Positions 39,181-49,034 are shown, counted from the stretch's first letter. The stretch is DNA of 64,000 nt from Candidatus Latescibacterota bacterium (GCA_965219455.1 OZ244744.1:4288001-4352000); one strand, 5' to 3'. Numbers and translations: made by a program. Notes: generated by a model from the letters alone, not told the origin.

Positions 39181-41652
39181 ATGAAACGTTTGAATTTCAT
39201 AACGAAGGGATTGGTTGGCATTGCTTGTCTCGCCCTGTTCGCGGTCGGGTTCGGGGCGCCGCCGGCGGATGCCCAACCCACTCCCGACAACGTAGTCAGC
39301 AGGTACAACCTGAGGTCGGTGATTTCCAACAGTTACAACAACTTGGGCGGAATGGGCGGCAACCAGGAATGGGGACGCGGCAACCGGCGTAACGCCTATC
39401 CATGGAACGGTCAGGGGCCGGGTTCGTTCGGCGCGGTGCTGTCCCAGTTCACGTCCAACCAGAAGTCGCAGATGTACAACGACTACAAGGTCTCGGGCGG
39501 CGAGGGCATCTGGATCCTCAACGCCGACCGTGGCACCGTGACGGTAACCGGCCCTCGGGAGAATGTACAGATCTCGGAACACAACACGACGCTGCCCTAC
39601 GATCCGGTGGGCCAGCGCGAAGAAGGCTGGGGCCAGTCCAATCCGTTGCAGGAACTCGCGGAGGCGGTGAACAGCGCGATCTCTCCGGGCGAACAGGGCG
39701 CCTCGGGTTCCCTGTCCAATTACTGGCCGGGGGTCACCGCCGATGATGACGGAAGTCTTTATGGGGCCAACTGGGATCCGATAACAACCCCGCCCGCCCA
39801 CATAGCCAACTTCAACCTGGGCGCGCATAACCTCGTGGACGTGACGATTCCTGAAGAGACCATCATCGCCCAGTGGGTGGACAAACAGAACGGGATCCGT
39901 GTCACGCGGCGCGTATACAGCTGGTCCAATCCGGATTTCGATGACTTCTACATTGTGGACCTCACCTTCACCAACCTCGGGGACTTCGACGGCGACGGCG
40001 TGGGTGAGGCGCCGGGACCCATCAACAACCTCTACATTGCGTTTAAAAATGTGGCGGCGATGACGGCCATGGGCATTCTCGAGGAGTTCGGATGGAACTT
40101 CTACCCGTCCAACGCCCGCGGCATGGACGACACGATGTGGTTTACGGAGGCCGACGGCTATCCGAATGCCTATTCTGAGAACGGCGCGTTCGCGGGTGAG
40201 GATATGCGCGCGGTCATCCGCAGGGACTCCGACAATCCGTTTTCCTCGCACGACGATACCGGCGATCCGTTCTTCAAGGCGATTGTGCCTTCAAACTACA
40301 ACATCCTGCAGACCGAAGGTCAGCCGAGAGCGCCAAGCACCTATTTCATGGCGCCCCTCGCCTACGCCGACGACGCGGGGAAATTCTCGTTCAACGAAGC
40401 CGACCGGGGCCAATACGTGCAACCCGCGGAGGACAAACAGCCGCGTTCGTTCCAGTGGTGGCTGGCGCGTTCCACGGGCGACTTCGACGACCCCACTTAC
40501 ACCACGCACACCGCCGCGCAGTTGGCCAACACCGTTCTGACGTCGGGCTATCAGGCCAATGCGGACGAAGGTGACATTTCCACGCGCAAGGTGTTCCACG
40601 ACATGACGGTGTACGGACCGTACAACGTGGGCGCGGGCGAATCCGTGAAGCTCGTGTTTTCCTGGGGAGCGGGCCACCCGTCGCTGCTCGAGCCGATTCC
40701 CGCCAACGAGCAGGACGTTGGCATTTTAAAGTGGGACCGGTCGAGTGAAACCCCTGAGAACAAGATCAAAAAAGTCAAGACCAATGGCGAGAAGGCCGCC
40801 CTGGAGAATCTGAAGCTGGCCCACTGGGTCTACGACAACAACTACCAGGTGCCCGTCTCACCCACCGAGGCCTATATTTCGGCAAATAATCTCACGTCTT
40901 CAACCAAGGCCAAGCAATTGATCAGGTGGGGTAGAGAGTCCGAATCCGCGGTCAACCCGTATACCGGCGAACAGGATATACTCGGCGTCCGGCTGTACAA
41001 GTCGAATTGGTTCTCGTGGGGCCCCTGGGAGCTGTATGGGATCATCGACAACGGTTCCAGCGGGTCCTCCACCAATCCGGCGGGCTTGCCCCGCGGCGAA
41101 TGGGGCATAAATGCCGACGGTGTCTATGAATATGAAGACCTGGAGACCACGGCCGGCTTTTCCTACTTCTACTCGGCCCGGCCCTACGCCAGGGGGGTGG
41201 ATTCCTATATGTGGGACAGCGGGATGACTATCGACGACATCCCCAGTCCACGCGTGCAGGCCAATATCCGGAGGGGGTATGAGAGCGGCTGGGGGCCGTC
41301 TACGGCCAGGACTTTCGACGGCGACAACCGCAAGCCGTTCCAGGCCCTGTTGTCCAGCCTTCCCGAAGAGGTGCTCTTCGTCCCGAATCCGTATTACGTG
41401 GACGGAAAGCACCAGTACCCGAACTCCCGCAACCTGCGCATCGTGGGCCTCACTGCGAATGCGGTAATCCACATTTATTCGGCCTCCGGCGACCGCGTGG
41501 AAACAACGGACCGGACCCCCCTCGCCAAGGGTGAAACCGAGTTTCGTCAGATCTCGTTCAATATCGCTGGCGAGGTGCAGACCGGTCTGTACTATTTCGT
41601 GGTTGTAGACGGCGGAGAGACCCGAAGAGGCAGCTTCGTGCTGATCAAGTAG
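39181..41652 (+). CDS. Large secreted protein with FN3-like domain and T9SS type A CTD-like C-terminus
   Basis: Signal peptide ...ADA-Q; YSWSNP..DDF.I...FTN.GDFDGDG; FN3-like W...G.RLYKS...YED...G.SYFY; tail FVPNPY...IHIYSASGDRV...TGLYYFVV...GSFVLIK. Confidence 0.75.
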   Translation: MKRLNFITKGLVGIACLALFAVGFGAPPADAQPTPDNVVSRYNLRSVISNSYNNLGGMGGNQEWGRGNRRNAYPWNGQGPGSFGAVLSQFTSNQKSQMYNDYKVSGGEGIWILNADRGTVTVTGPRENVQISEHNTTLPYDPVGQREEGWGQSNPLQELAEAVNSAISPGEQGASGSLSNYWPGVTADDDGSLYGANWDPITTPPAHIANFNLGAHNLVDVTIPEETIIAQWVDKQNGIRVTRRVYSWSNPDFDDFYIVDLTFTNLGDFDGDGVGEAPGPINNLYIAFKNVAAMTAMGILEEFGWNFYPSNARGMDDTMWFTEADGYPNAYSENGAFAGEDMRAVIRRDSDNPFSSHDDTGDPFFKAIVPSNYNILQTEGQPRAPSTYFMAPLAYADDAGKFSFNEADRGQYVQPAEDKQPRSFQWWLARSTGDFDDPTYTTHTAAQLANTVLTSGYQANADEGDISTRKVFHDMTVYGPYNVGAGESVKLVFSWGAGHPSLLEPIPANEQDVGILKWDRSSETPENKIKKVKTNGEKAALENLKLAHWVYDNNYQVPVSPTEAYISANNLTSSTKAKQLIRWGRESESAVNPYTGEQDILGVRLYKSNWFSWGPWELYGIIDNGSSGSSTNPAGLPRGEWGINADGVYEYEDLETTAGFSYFYSARPYARGVDSYMWDSGMTIDDIPSPRVQANIRRGYESGWGPSTARTFDGDNRKPFQALLSSLPEEVLFVPNPYYVDGKHQYPNSRNLRIVGLTANAVIHIYSASGDRVETTDRTPLAKGETEFRQISFNIAGEVQTGLYYFVVVDGGETRRGSFVLIK

Positions 41653-41678
41653 CGGGTTTAAATCAAGGAGGAAATGAC

Positions 41679-42671
41679 GTGAAAAGGAGTATGCTAATCA
41701 TTGCGTCGGTCTTGGCCCTGCTGCTTGCCGCTTCACCGGCTTTGGCCGTGAAGTGGGGCGGGGTGACCGGCGAGTATGGTGTCAAGAAAGTAAATATCTC
41801 AGGGATGCAGTTCCTGAAGATCGGCCAGGGCGCCCGCGCCGTGGCGATGGGCGATGCGTTTACCGCGGTCGCCGACGACATCAACGCGATCTTCTGGAAC
41901 GGGTCGGGGCTGGTACACGTGGAGCGCGTTGCCTATCAGTTGAACTGGACGCGCTTTATTTACGACACCCAGCTGTACTCGGCTGCCGCGGTGTGGAATA
42001 CGCGGTCGGCCCGGGGCGAGGTGTTGGGCATTACGGTCGTGTCACATAACCCGAAGCCTTCCCCCGAGACCACGATCCATCAGCCCAGCGGAACGGGCCA
42101 GGACGTGGTCGCAAACGATCTTTCTGTCGGTCTGCTCTATGCGATCAAGTTCACCGACAAATTTTCGTTCAGCGCCAAGGCGAATTATGTTTCTGAGCAA
42201 CTCTACACGATAAAAACGACTGGTTTTACGGTCGACGTGGGCAGCTTCTTCTACACGGGGTTCAGAAGCCTTCGTATCGCAATGGCGTTCAGGAATTTCG
42301 GCCCGGACCGCAAGTCGGGCGACCGTGCGTACCTGTTGCCGCTCGTCTATAATATCGGCATTGCCGCCGAAGTCTACGGCGAAAAGGGCGATCCGTCCTA
42401 CCTCACCGCGTCCGTGGAGAGCGCGTTTTTCGTGGATTTCGAGCAGCGCTGGCATTTCGGCGCCGAGTTGTGGCTGCAGAACGCGCTTGCGTTGCGCGCC
42501 GGCTGGAAGTGGAACTATGACCTCGAGGGCATCGCCGTGGGCGCCGGTCTGAAGCAGACGTTTGGCGGACGTACCATAACGGCGGACGTGGCGGTGTCGC
42601 TCCTGCAAAAGAACGACGGCGTCGTTATGTTCGATCCGCCGATCCGCGTTTCTGTCGGTGGCACGTTCTAA
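41679..42671 (+). CDS. PorV/PorQ (UPF0164)-like outer-membrane beta-barrel
   Basis: RBS AAGGAGG, GTG; FLKIGQGARAVAMGDAFTAVADD.NAIFWN..GL PorV-like signature; GAE....LALRAG; C-terminal F. Confidence 0.85.
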   Translation: MKRSMLIIASVLALLLAASPALAVKWGGVTGEYGVKKVNISGMQFLKIGQGARAVAMGDAFTAVADDINAIFWNGSGLVHVERVAYQLNWTRFIYDTQLYSAAAVWNTRSARGEVLGITVVSHNPKPSPETTIHQPSGTGQDVVANDLSVGLLYAIKFTDKFSFSAKANYVSEQLYTIKTTGFTVDVGSFFYTGFRSLRIAMAFRNFGPDRKSGDRAYLLPLVYNIGIAAEVYGEKGDPSYLTASVESAFFVDFEQRWHFGAELWLQNALALRAGWKWNYDLEGIAVGAGLKQTFGGRTITADVAVSLLQKNDGVVMFDPPIRVSVGGTF

Positions 42672-42741
42672 GTCGCCTTTGCAAAGCGGCGGAGTCGATT
42701 TAAACCTGATGTAGTCCGGCGCTTTGTCGGCGTCTGAACCG

Positions 42742-42782
42742 ACGGGCGGCGACCGGGACTCTGAGCCCGGGCGCCGCCCGTT
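42742..42782 (+). terminator. Hairpin after the PorV-like gene (probable operon end)
   Basis: ACGGGCGGCG...CGCCGCCCGT with inner CCGGG/CCCGG pairing; weak T-tract. Confidence 0.4.
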
Positions 42783-42878
42783 CCTATTGCACAGGCGGAG
42801 GGCGGGAAGCATCCCTTCATGTGACAGACGGCCCATGCTTCCATGCTCGGATGTACTTACCCTCGGCGCCGGTAGACA

Positions 42879-44867
42879 ATGGCGGCAGATATGGCGAAAC
42901 GTACCTTCCAAAGGCGTAAGGTGAGCGCGGGGACGCCCGGAAGTGGGGTTCCGAAGCCCACATACACGTGGCCGGTTCTGGTGGGTATGGCGGCGTTTGT
43001 GGTTTATGCCAACGCGCTGGGCAACGGGCTGGTTTACGACGACCATTTTCTGATCGAACGAAGTTGGCTCGTGGAACGGCTGGATTTCAGGAGCGTTTTC
43101 ACGACCCATTACTGGGCCGGTTACCCCGGAAATGAAACGGGGCACTACCGGCCGTTGCCCGTGCTTTCGTTTCTGCTGGACGCGCTGGGAGGCATTCGCC
43201 CGTTTCGGTATCATTTGACCAATGTGCTTCTGCACTTGTGTTGCAGCCTGCTGGCGTGGGGGCTGTGCAGGCGCCTGGGGCTGAGCCGCTTCGCCGCGGG
43301 AATTGCGGGCGTGTTATTTGCCGTGCATCCGATCCATGCGGAAGTGGCGGCGGGCGTGACCTTCGGCCGATCCGACCTGCTGGCCGGCGTCTTCTTACTC
43401 GCCGGCATGTTGTCATACACGCATAGTTCGCGTTCCCGGACGGCCTATGCGCTCGCGCTTGTCGCTTTTTTCTGCGGACTGATGAGCAAGGAGAGTGCGC
43501 TCGCGTTGTTTGGCCTGGTTGTAGCATATGACCTGGCCGCTGGGATGGGGGTTGCAGAGGGCGGAACGTCTTTGGACAAAGAGGGGCGAAGAGAATGCCG
43601 GAGAGGATGGTTGGTTGCGCGTTTGGCATGTTCGACCGGGGCAACCTCGGGAAAGGGGATTCTGTACGGCATACTGTCCGTTGGACGGGCAAGGTGGCTG
43701 TGGTGGACGGGCTTTGTGGGTGTATTTGGACTCTGTCTGGCCGTGCGAAACGCCGCGGCGGGGCTGGGCTTCTCACCGGGTGGGATGAGTGAGTTCGTGA
43801 ATCCGCTCTACGGTACCTCGCTTGAAACGCGGGCCCTGACTGCCGGGAAAATTCTCTGGCACTACGTAACGCTTCTGGTGTTTCCGTGGCGGCTTTCCGT
43901 GGATTACTCGTACAATGCGATTCCGGTTTCGGTTTCGCTTCTGGGACCCGGGGTGATCGCGGGCGCGGCGCTGGGTCTCGGTGGGCTGATGCTGTGGGCG
44001 AGATCGCTGGGAAAATGGCCGCGGCTGTTTTTTTGCGGGGCGCTTTTTTGGGTGCCCTATATGGGGGTGTCACAGACCGTGGTGCTGCTGAATTCAATGG
44101 TCCAGGAACGGTTTTTCTACATTCCGGCGCTGGGTATGTTCGCGCTGGCTGGGATCGGGGCCGAACGGTTGTTCAGGAGGTATGGGTTCAGCGTAGTTGT
44201 CGCTATGGGTCTGATCATGTTGGGGTATGCCGCGCGTACGGTGGCGCGAAACAGAGATTGGAAGGATGATTTCAGCCTGTTTTCCAGCGCGGTTCATTCG
44301 TATCCCAATAGCGCGAAGATGCATCAGGCCGTGGGACAGGTGCTTGCCGAGCGTGGCCTGATGGACCGCGCAGTTCTTGCTTTTCGACGGGCCCTGTCTA
44401 TCCGGGAAGAAGCCATGACCTATAACAACCTGGGCAACGCCTACGGCGTGAAGGGGGCTTTTGAACAGGCGGCCGCGGCATATCGGAAAGCCGTGGATCT
44501 GGATCCGCAATATGCGGAGGCCTGGATGAATCTGGGTGTAACTGCCATGCGGGCCGGCGAAACCCGGATGGCCGCCGAAGGATTCAAACAGGCAGCCGTC
44601 CTGCTGCCTGAGGATAAGGAAACCCACTTCAATCTGGGCGTGGCGCTGGAGAAAACGGGGCGGCCGGAAGAGGCGGAGCAGGCATATCGCCGGTCGGCGG
44701 CGCTGGGGGACGCCAGAGCGTATTTAAACCTGGGTATGGTGTTGGAAAGCAAGGGCATGCCTGGGGATGCGGTTGCGGCCTACAGGGCGTTTCTGAAGCA
44801 ATGGCGGGGCGATCCGCAGGTGTCAACGGAAGCCCGGCGCCGGATTCGAGCGCTGGCGCCGAGATAG
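42879..44867 (+). CDS. TMTC-like GT-C glycosyltransferase (DUF1736 plus TPR), putative protein O-mannosyltransferase
   Basis: VYDD, HYRPL, YHLTNVLLH, LFAVHPIHAEV, GRSDLL, SKE, FPWRLSVDY, ERFFYIP, RNRDWKD, C-terminal TPRs. Confidence 0.85.
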   Translation: MAADMAKRTFQRRKVSAGTPGSGVPKPTYTWPVLVGMAAFVVYANALGNGLVYDDHFLIERSWLVERLDFRSVFTTHYWAGYPGNETGHYRPLPVLSFLLDALGGIRPFRYHLTNVLLHLCCSLLAWGLCRRLGLSRFAAGIAGVLFAVHPIHAEVAAGVTFGRSDLLAGVFLLAGMLSYTHSSRSRTAYALALVAFFCGLMSKESALALFGLVVAYDLAAGMGVAEGGTSLDKEGRRECRRGWLVARLACSTGATSGKGILYGILSVGRARWLWWTGFVGVFGLCLAVRNAAAGLGFSPGGMSEFVNPLYGTSLETRALTAGKILWHYVTLLVFPWRLSVDYSYNAIPVSVSLLGPGVIAGAALGLGGLMLWARSLGKWPRLFFCGALFWVPYMGVSQTVVLLNSMVQERFFYIPALGMFALAGIGAERLFRRYGFSVVVAMGLIMLGYAARTVARNRDWKDDFSLFSSAVHSYPNSAKMHQAVGQVLAERGLMDRAVLAFRRALSIREEAMTYNNLGNAYGVKGAFEQAAAAYRKAVDLDPQYAEAWMNLGVTAMRAGETRMAAEGFKQAAVLLPEDKETHFNLGVALEKTGRPEEAEQAYRRSAALGDARAYLNLGMVLESKGMPGDAVAAYRAFLKQWRGDPQVSTEARRRIRALAPR

Positions 44868-45019
44868 GGCCGCGGCCGAAAGCATAGTCGGTTCAACCCG
44901 CTGAAAAACATCGAACTCGGATTCTCCGATACAATCGGAATCACGTCGAATCGCCACATCAGAACCAAAATCAGCTTTGATTTTTCCTCCATATTCCTTA
45001 TTCTATAAAACACGAGAAG

Positions 45020-45047
45020 CAGCTTTCAGCTTTCAGCCGTCAGCTTA
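45020..45047. repeat. Heptamer tandem repeat (CAGCNNN)x4, reverse complement of the 34951 family
   Basis: CAGCTTT CAGCTTT CAGCCGT CAGCTTA. Confidence 0.65.
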
Positions 45048-45161
45048 CACCGGATAACGATGCGGACCGGCGATGTGAATCAGCGATATCCGCGCCACGT
45101 CTTTTCGCCTACGTCCGCCCATTCACGGACTTGACCCGTCACGCGTCCGGTCCGGGTGGAT

Positions 45162-45335
45162 GGGGCTCTTCCGCGCCAATCCGTTCAGCAACGTGGTTTT
45201 GGAACGCCAGCGATCTACGCAGGCCACCAACCCTGGTTTTTTGCCTCTGAGGCGATTCGCGGAAGAGCAGCCCCGCGGCGTCTGAGCGGCGCCGTTCTTT
45301 TTGGCCCTTTTTCTTTGGCGAGAAAGAAAAAGGGC
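45162..45335. repeat. Structured MITE-like/REP-like element
   Basis: GCTCTTCCGCG (45165-75) pairs with CGCGGAAGAGC (45258-68); 13-bp hairpin GCCCTTTTTCTTT-GGCGAG-AAAGAAAAAGGGC (45304-35). Confidence 0.5.
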
Positions 45336-45373
45336 ACGGGAATAGGGGACGTTAAGGGTAGGGGGAGATTATA

Positions 45374-48300
45374 ATGCCCACAAATCCCCGAAACTTCGGG
45401 GAGGAGCGGTTCGTGCCGGGTTCAGGAAACATGCCCTTGGGTCCACTTGCCTTTCGTCTGGTCTCCACCTGCTGGTTGCTGGCCGGGATCGGGCTTTCGG
45501 TTCCAGCAGAGTCCAATAGTCAACGGATCTGGACCGCTTGCTACGAAAACGGGCAGGCGGCCCTGACCGAAGTCTGGTCCGTGGACGCACAGGGAACGGA
45601 ACACAGGCTGGGCGCCTTTCCGGGTCGACCGGGACAACTGGGCATAACCGCGGACGGACGGAGGGTATTCTACAAGGATCGCCCATTGAGGGACTATCGT
45701 CTTTCCGGGTTGGGGCAGGCGGCGGTGCCTATGGTGGAGAGCCAGGTGTGGGAGGTGATGGTAAACGGCACGGTTGTGCGGCGCCCCGGGGAGGTTGAAC
45801 TCGGACGCCTCGACCTGGCGTGGGTTTCTGCACAAAACGGGGGTCCGCGAAACGGGCCCAACCGTTCGCTCACGGGCGTTGAAAAGGCGATGATGACGGT
45901 GAAATTGGCCTACGGGGCGCTGCATCAGTGGGAGTTCCGCCACGCGCAGCTTCTCTATCGCAATGCGGCTCAGCAGTTCGAGGCGCTGGCTCGAGATCAC
46001 CTCCTCTATTCCAAACCGGCCATGGCGTACGCAAAGCTATTGGCGAGAAGGTCGCGGATGGCCGGTGCGGAGGGGCCCCGATGGGTTTGCAGGGAGAACC
46101 TGTCCGCGATCGGGGAGATGATTCTGGAATACCGCCGGCTTAATGACGGCAGTACCCCCGCCAACCTGGAGGTGTTGAAGGCTTCGGTGCGCGCAGGCGG
46201 GCTGAACGATGCGAAGGAGCGGATTCTTGAACGGTTGTTGAGATCGCCGGCAGATCGGAAGAAGAGTCCGATCAGTTATTTTTATCGTCCCGGCGCCGCG
46301 GACGGCGAGGCGATGGTGATCAGCCCCTATCATCGCGGGCGGCTGTTGGAACTGATTCGGCACGGGGACCGTTTCGAAGTGGTGGACAGGGCGGCGGGAA
46401 CGGCGCAGGTCGATTCGTTGCTGGACGTGGGCAGGCGGGTGCTGGAGAAGGACGCGCCGTCATCCGTGCCGGTACTTCAGGTGGTCACGCTGATGGCGCC
46501 TAAGTCCGCGCGCGGGCATTGTCAGTTGGGCTATGCCTATCTGAAGTCTAAAAATCCGGACGCCGCGCTGCGTTCTTTCGAACGCGCGGTTCGGCTGGAT
46601 CACAGGATGGCCGAAGCGTACAACGGGCTCGGGCAGGTGTACGAAACGCGGCCCAAAGCCCGGTACGACGCGATCCGCTACTATACGAAGGCGCTGCAGT
46701 ACAACCGTGACTACCTGGAAGCGCGTTTCAATATAGCCAGGCTTCGGCACAGCATGCAGGAGCACGACGCGAGATACGACGTGGAGAAGGTCATTGATAT
46801 CGATCCTACGTTTGCGCCCGCCTATCTGCTTCTGGGGGAGTGGTACGAGGTTCAGGAAGAGGATTTCGAACGGGCGGCGCTCCTCTACGCGAGATACATG
46901 ACGTTGAAGCCGGAAGATCCTGAGGGGAGGAAGCGGCTGGCCGCGGTATATCTCCGGTCACGGAACTACGAACGGATCGTGGATTTGCTCACGGATTATG
47001 TCCGGGAACACCCGGACGAAACAGGTGTTCTGGCGGTGCTGGCCCAGGCCTGCGTCCAGATGGGACGGCTGGAGTGGGCGGACCGGTATTTCAGGGATTA
47101 CCTGCATGCGGCGACCGAGGAAGAGCAGGCGCTGTATCGCGATCCGGTCCTTCTGATGTCCCCGGAGGAACGCAAGGTGTTTGAGCAGGCCGATCGATCG
47201 GCTCGCGTCGAACGGGTCAAACGGTTCTGGACGGCGCACGACCCGGACCTGACCACGTCCATCAACGAGCGCCTGCTGGAACACTACAGACGGGTCTGGT
47301 ACGCGCTGGGGGCTTATTCGAAGGGTAAGCAGCCCTGGGACCGGCGGGGTGAGGTGTATATCCGGTTCGGAGAGCCCGATTACCGGTCAGCCTCCGATAT
47401 GAAGAATTACAACCAGAGCCTGAAGGTGCAGCGGGTCCGGGAACGCATAGCCCGGCAGATGTACGGGCAGGCAGCCCTCCAGATGACCTTCATGGGCGGG
47501 CCCGTGTACGCGGTGCGCAGCCTGAAGTCGAATCTCAGCGGCGGCGCGAACCTGGGCGAAGGGTTCGCCGGCGACCGCCAGGTGGAAGATTTTACCTCCC
47601 TCGTCGAACGTGACGACAGAAACGCCCGGGAAACAATCGGAGGCGAGACCCAGCGGCAGAGTATCACCTACGGTTCGGGCATTACGGCCAACAATGAAGT
47701 GACGGGTGAGTCCCTGGAATTGCTCCGGTTCGAAGGCATGCAGATGCAGGGAGGCGCTCTGGGACTGGGTGGCTCCCCCAACGATTTTGCATACAAGGCC
47801 GTATCCTCTCAGGACGATGCCTCGATGGTTCCCTGGGAGGTCTGGGTCTATACGGATGTGAACGGCGGGATCGAAATTACGTTTACCGACGAGCACATGC
47901 GCGGCGAGTTCGACTACGCGCCGCCGCCGATGGACGTGCGCATTCCCATGCAACAACTGACCCGGTTCAACCAGTTCAATCCACGGTCCGTGGCTGAACA
48001 GGCCGCCCTGGTTACGCCGGACTATTACAAGCCGCCGGAGAATAAGTCGCCGCTGGAGTTCTATTTCGATCTGGCCAACTTCCGGGAGGACGAACGGGGC
48101 AGCGGGTCGATTCTGGAGGTCTATTTCGGGGCGCCCTACAGTCTGGGCAAGTACCTGCCTGATCGGGACGAAACCGAGATGTTTCTGGAACGTTCCGTGG
48201 CGTTGAACAACCCGCGCAACGGGGCGGTTTACCGCAGGCAGGGCAACCTGGTCTACCGGGGCGGCGGTGACCTGACGGGCCTGCGCGGCGGGTTTGTGCC

Positions 48301-48874
48301 CGATCTGATGGGTCTGGGCGTCCCTTCCGGCACATATCGGATGGAGGTGCAGGTCAAAGACAGGTTGTCCGGAAGGCAGGGTCGGTACCGGCAGGAAGTG
48401 GTAATTGACAATTACGACAGGAAATTTCTGCAGTTGAGCGAGTTGCAATTGGCCTATTCGGTTGTCGAGTCGGACGAAACGGGGAAATTTAAAAAGGGCG
48501 GTCTCCGCGTCGTTCCGATTCCTACGCGTACATTCGGCAGGGACCAGGGTGTATTCGTCTACTATGAGATTTACCGCCTGAAGAGAGACGAATTCGGGCA
48601 GACCCGGTACAAGGTGGAATACTCAATTCGACCCAAGGGCGTCCAGGGGCGCACGGCCAGCGGGGTTGTCTCCCAGTTGGTGCGCGTGTTCACCGGCAAG
48701 AAACAGGAACTTGCGGTGGGATACGAGCAGCTTGGAAACTCGGAGTCGGAAGAGGTATACATGGAGCTGGATCTGAAATCCACCAAGCCCGGCCAGTATA
48801 TTCTTGAAATCGAAGTGACCGACCTGAACAGCGGTCTGACATCGAACCGACAGACGGGATTCTACGTTCAGTGA
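45374..48874 (+). CDS. TPR- and GWxTD-domain protein (paralog 2) with extra N-terminal domains
   Basis: TPRs; FWTAHDPDLTTSINERLLEHYRRV...WDRRGEVYIRFGEPD; C-terminal LSELQ...VFVYYEIY...PGQY.LEIEVTDLNSG. Confidence 0.85.
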   Translation: MPTNPRNFGEERFVPGSGNMPLGPLAFRLVSTCWLLAGIGLSVPAESNSQRIWTACYENGQAALTEVWSVDAQGTEHRLGAFPGRPGQLGITADGRRVFYKDRPLRDYRLSGLGQAAVPMVESQVWEVMVNGTVVRRPGEVELGRLDLAWVSAQNGGPRNGPNRSLTGVEKAMMTVKLAYGALHQWEFRHAQLLYRNAAQQFEALARDHLLYSKPAMAYAKLLARRSRMAGAEGPRWVCRENLSAIGEMILEYRRLNDGSTPANLEVLKASVRAGGLNDAKERILERLLRSPADRKKSPISYFYRPGAADGEAMVISPYHRGRLLELIRHGDRFEVVDRAAGTAQVDSLLDVGRRVLEKDAPSSVPVLQVVTLMAPKSARGHCQLGYAYLKSKNPDAALRSFERAVRLDHRMAEAYNGLGQVYETRPKARYDAIRYYTKALQYNRDYLEARFNIARLRHSMQEHDARYDVEKVIDIDPTFAPAYLLLGEWYEVQEEDFERAALLYARYMTLKPEDPEGRKRLAAVYLRSRNYERIVDLLTDYVREHPDETGVLAVLAQACVQMGRLEWADRYFRDYLHAATEEEQALYRDPVLLMSPEERKVFEQADRSARVERVKRFWTAHDPDLTTSINERLLEHYRRVWYALGAYSKGKQPWDRRGEVYIRFGEPDYRSASDMKNYNQSLKVQRVRERIARQMYGQAALQMTFMGGPVYAVRSLKSNLSGGANLGEGFAGDRQVEDFTSLVERDDRNARETIGGETQRQSITYGSGITANNEVTGESLELLRFEGMQMQGGALGLGGSPNDFAYKAVSSQDDASMVPWEVWVYTDVNGGIEITFTDEHMRGEFDYAPPPMDVRIPMQQLTRFNQFNPRSVAEQAALVTPDYYKPPENKSPLEFYFDLANFREDERGSGSILEVYFGAPYSLGKYLPDRDETEMFLERSVALNNPRNGAVYRRQGNLVYRGGGDLTGLRGGFVPDLMGLGVPSGTYRMEVQVKDRLSGRQGRYRQEVVIDNYDRKFLQLSELQLAYSVVESDETGKFKKGGLRVVPIPTRTFGRDQGVFVYYEIYRLKRDEFGQTRYKVEYSIRPKGVQGRTASGVVSQLVRVFTGKKQELAVGYEQLGNSESEEVYMELDLKSTKPGQYILEIEVTDLNSGLTSNRQTGFYVQ

Positions 48875-48908
48875 GCAAACCCGCCCCCCACCCATCTCCC
48901 CGCCGGTG

Positions 48909-48932
48909 AGACGTAAGAAGCGAGACGGAAGA
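48909..48932. repeat. Heptamer tandem repeat (AGACGNN)
   Basis: AGACGTA AGAAGCG AGACGGA AGA; same family at 50747. Confidence 0.5.
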
Positions 48933-49034
48933 GGTCCCCGGCACCCCACCACAATCGTCTTTCCAGTGGTACGTATCAAGTCAAATTACCTCTTGCGTTG
49001 AAGGGATCTCAGACGCCTGATGATGTGCCGGGCC

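Noticed and set aside
38167-40251. 694-aa minus-strand ORF (also 35890-37203, 42042-43235, 47387-48448, 23066-24163)
   Set aside because: Antisense shadows of well-supported plus-strand genes with strong GC3 bias; no motifs or RBS
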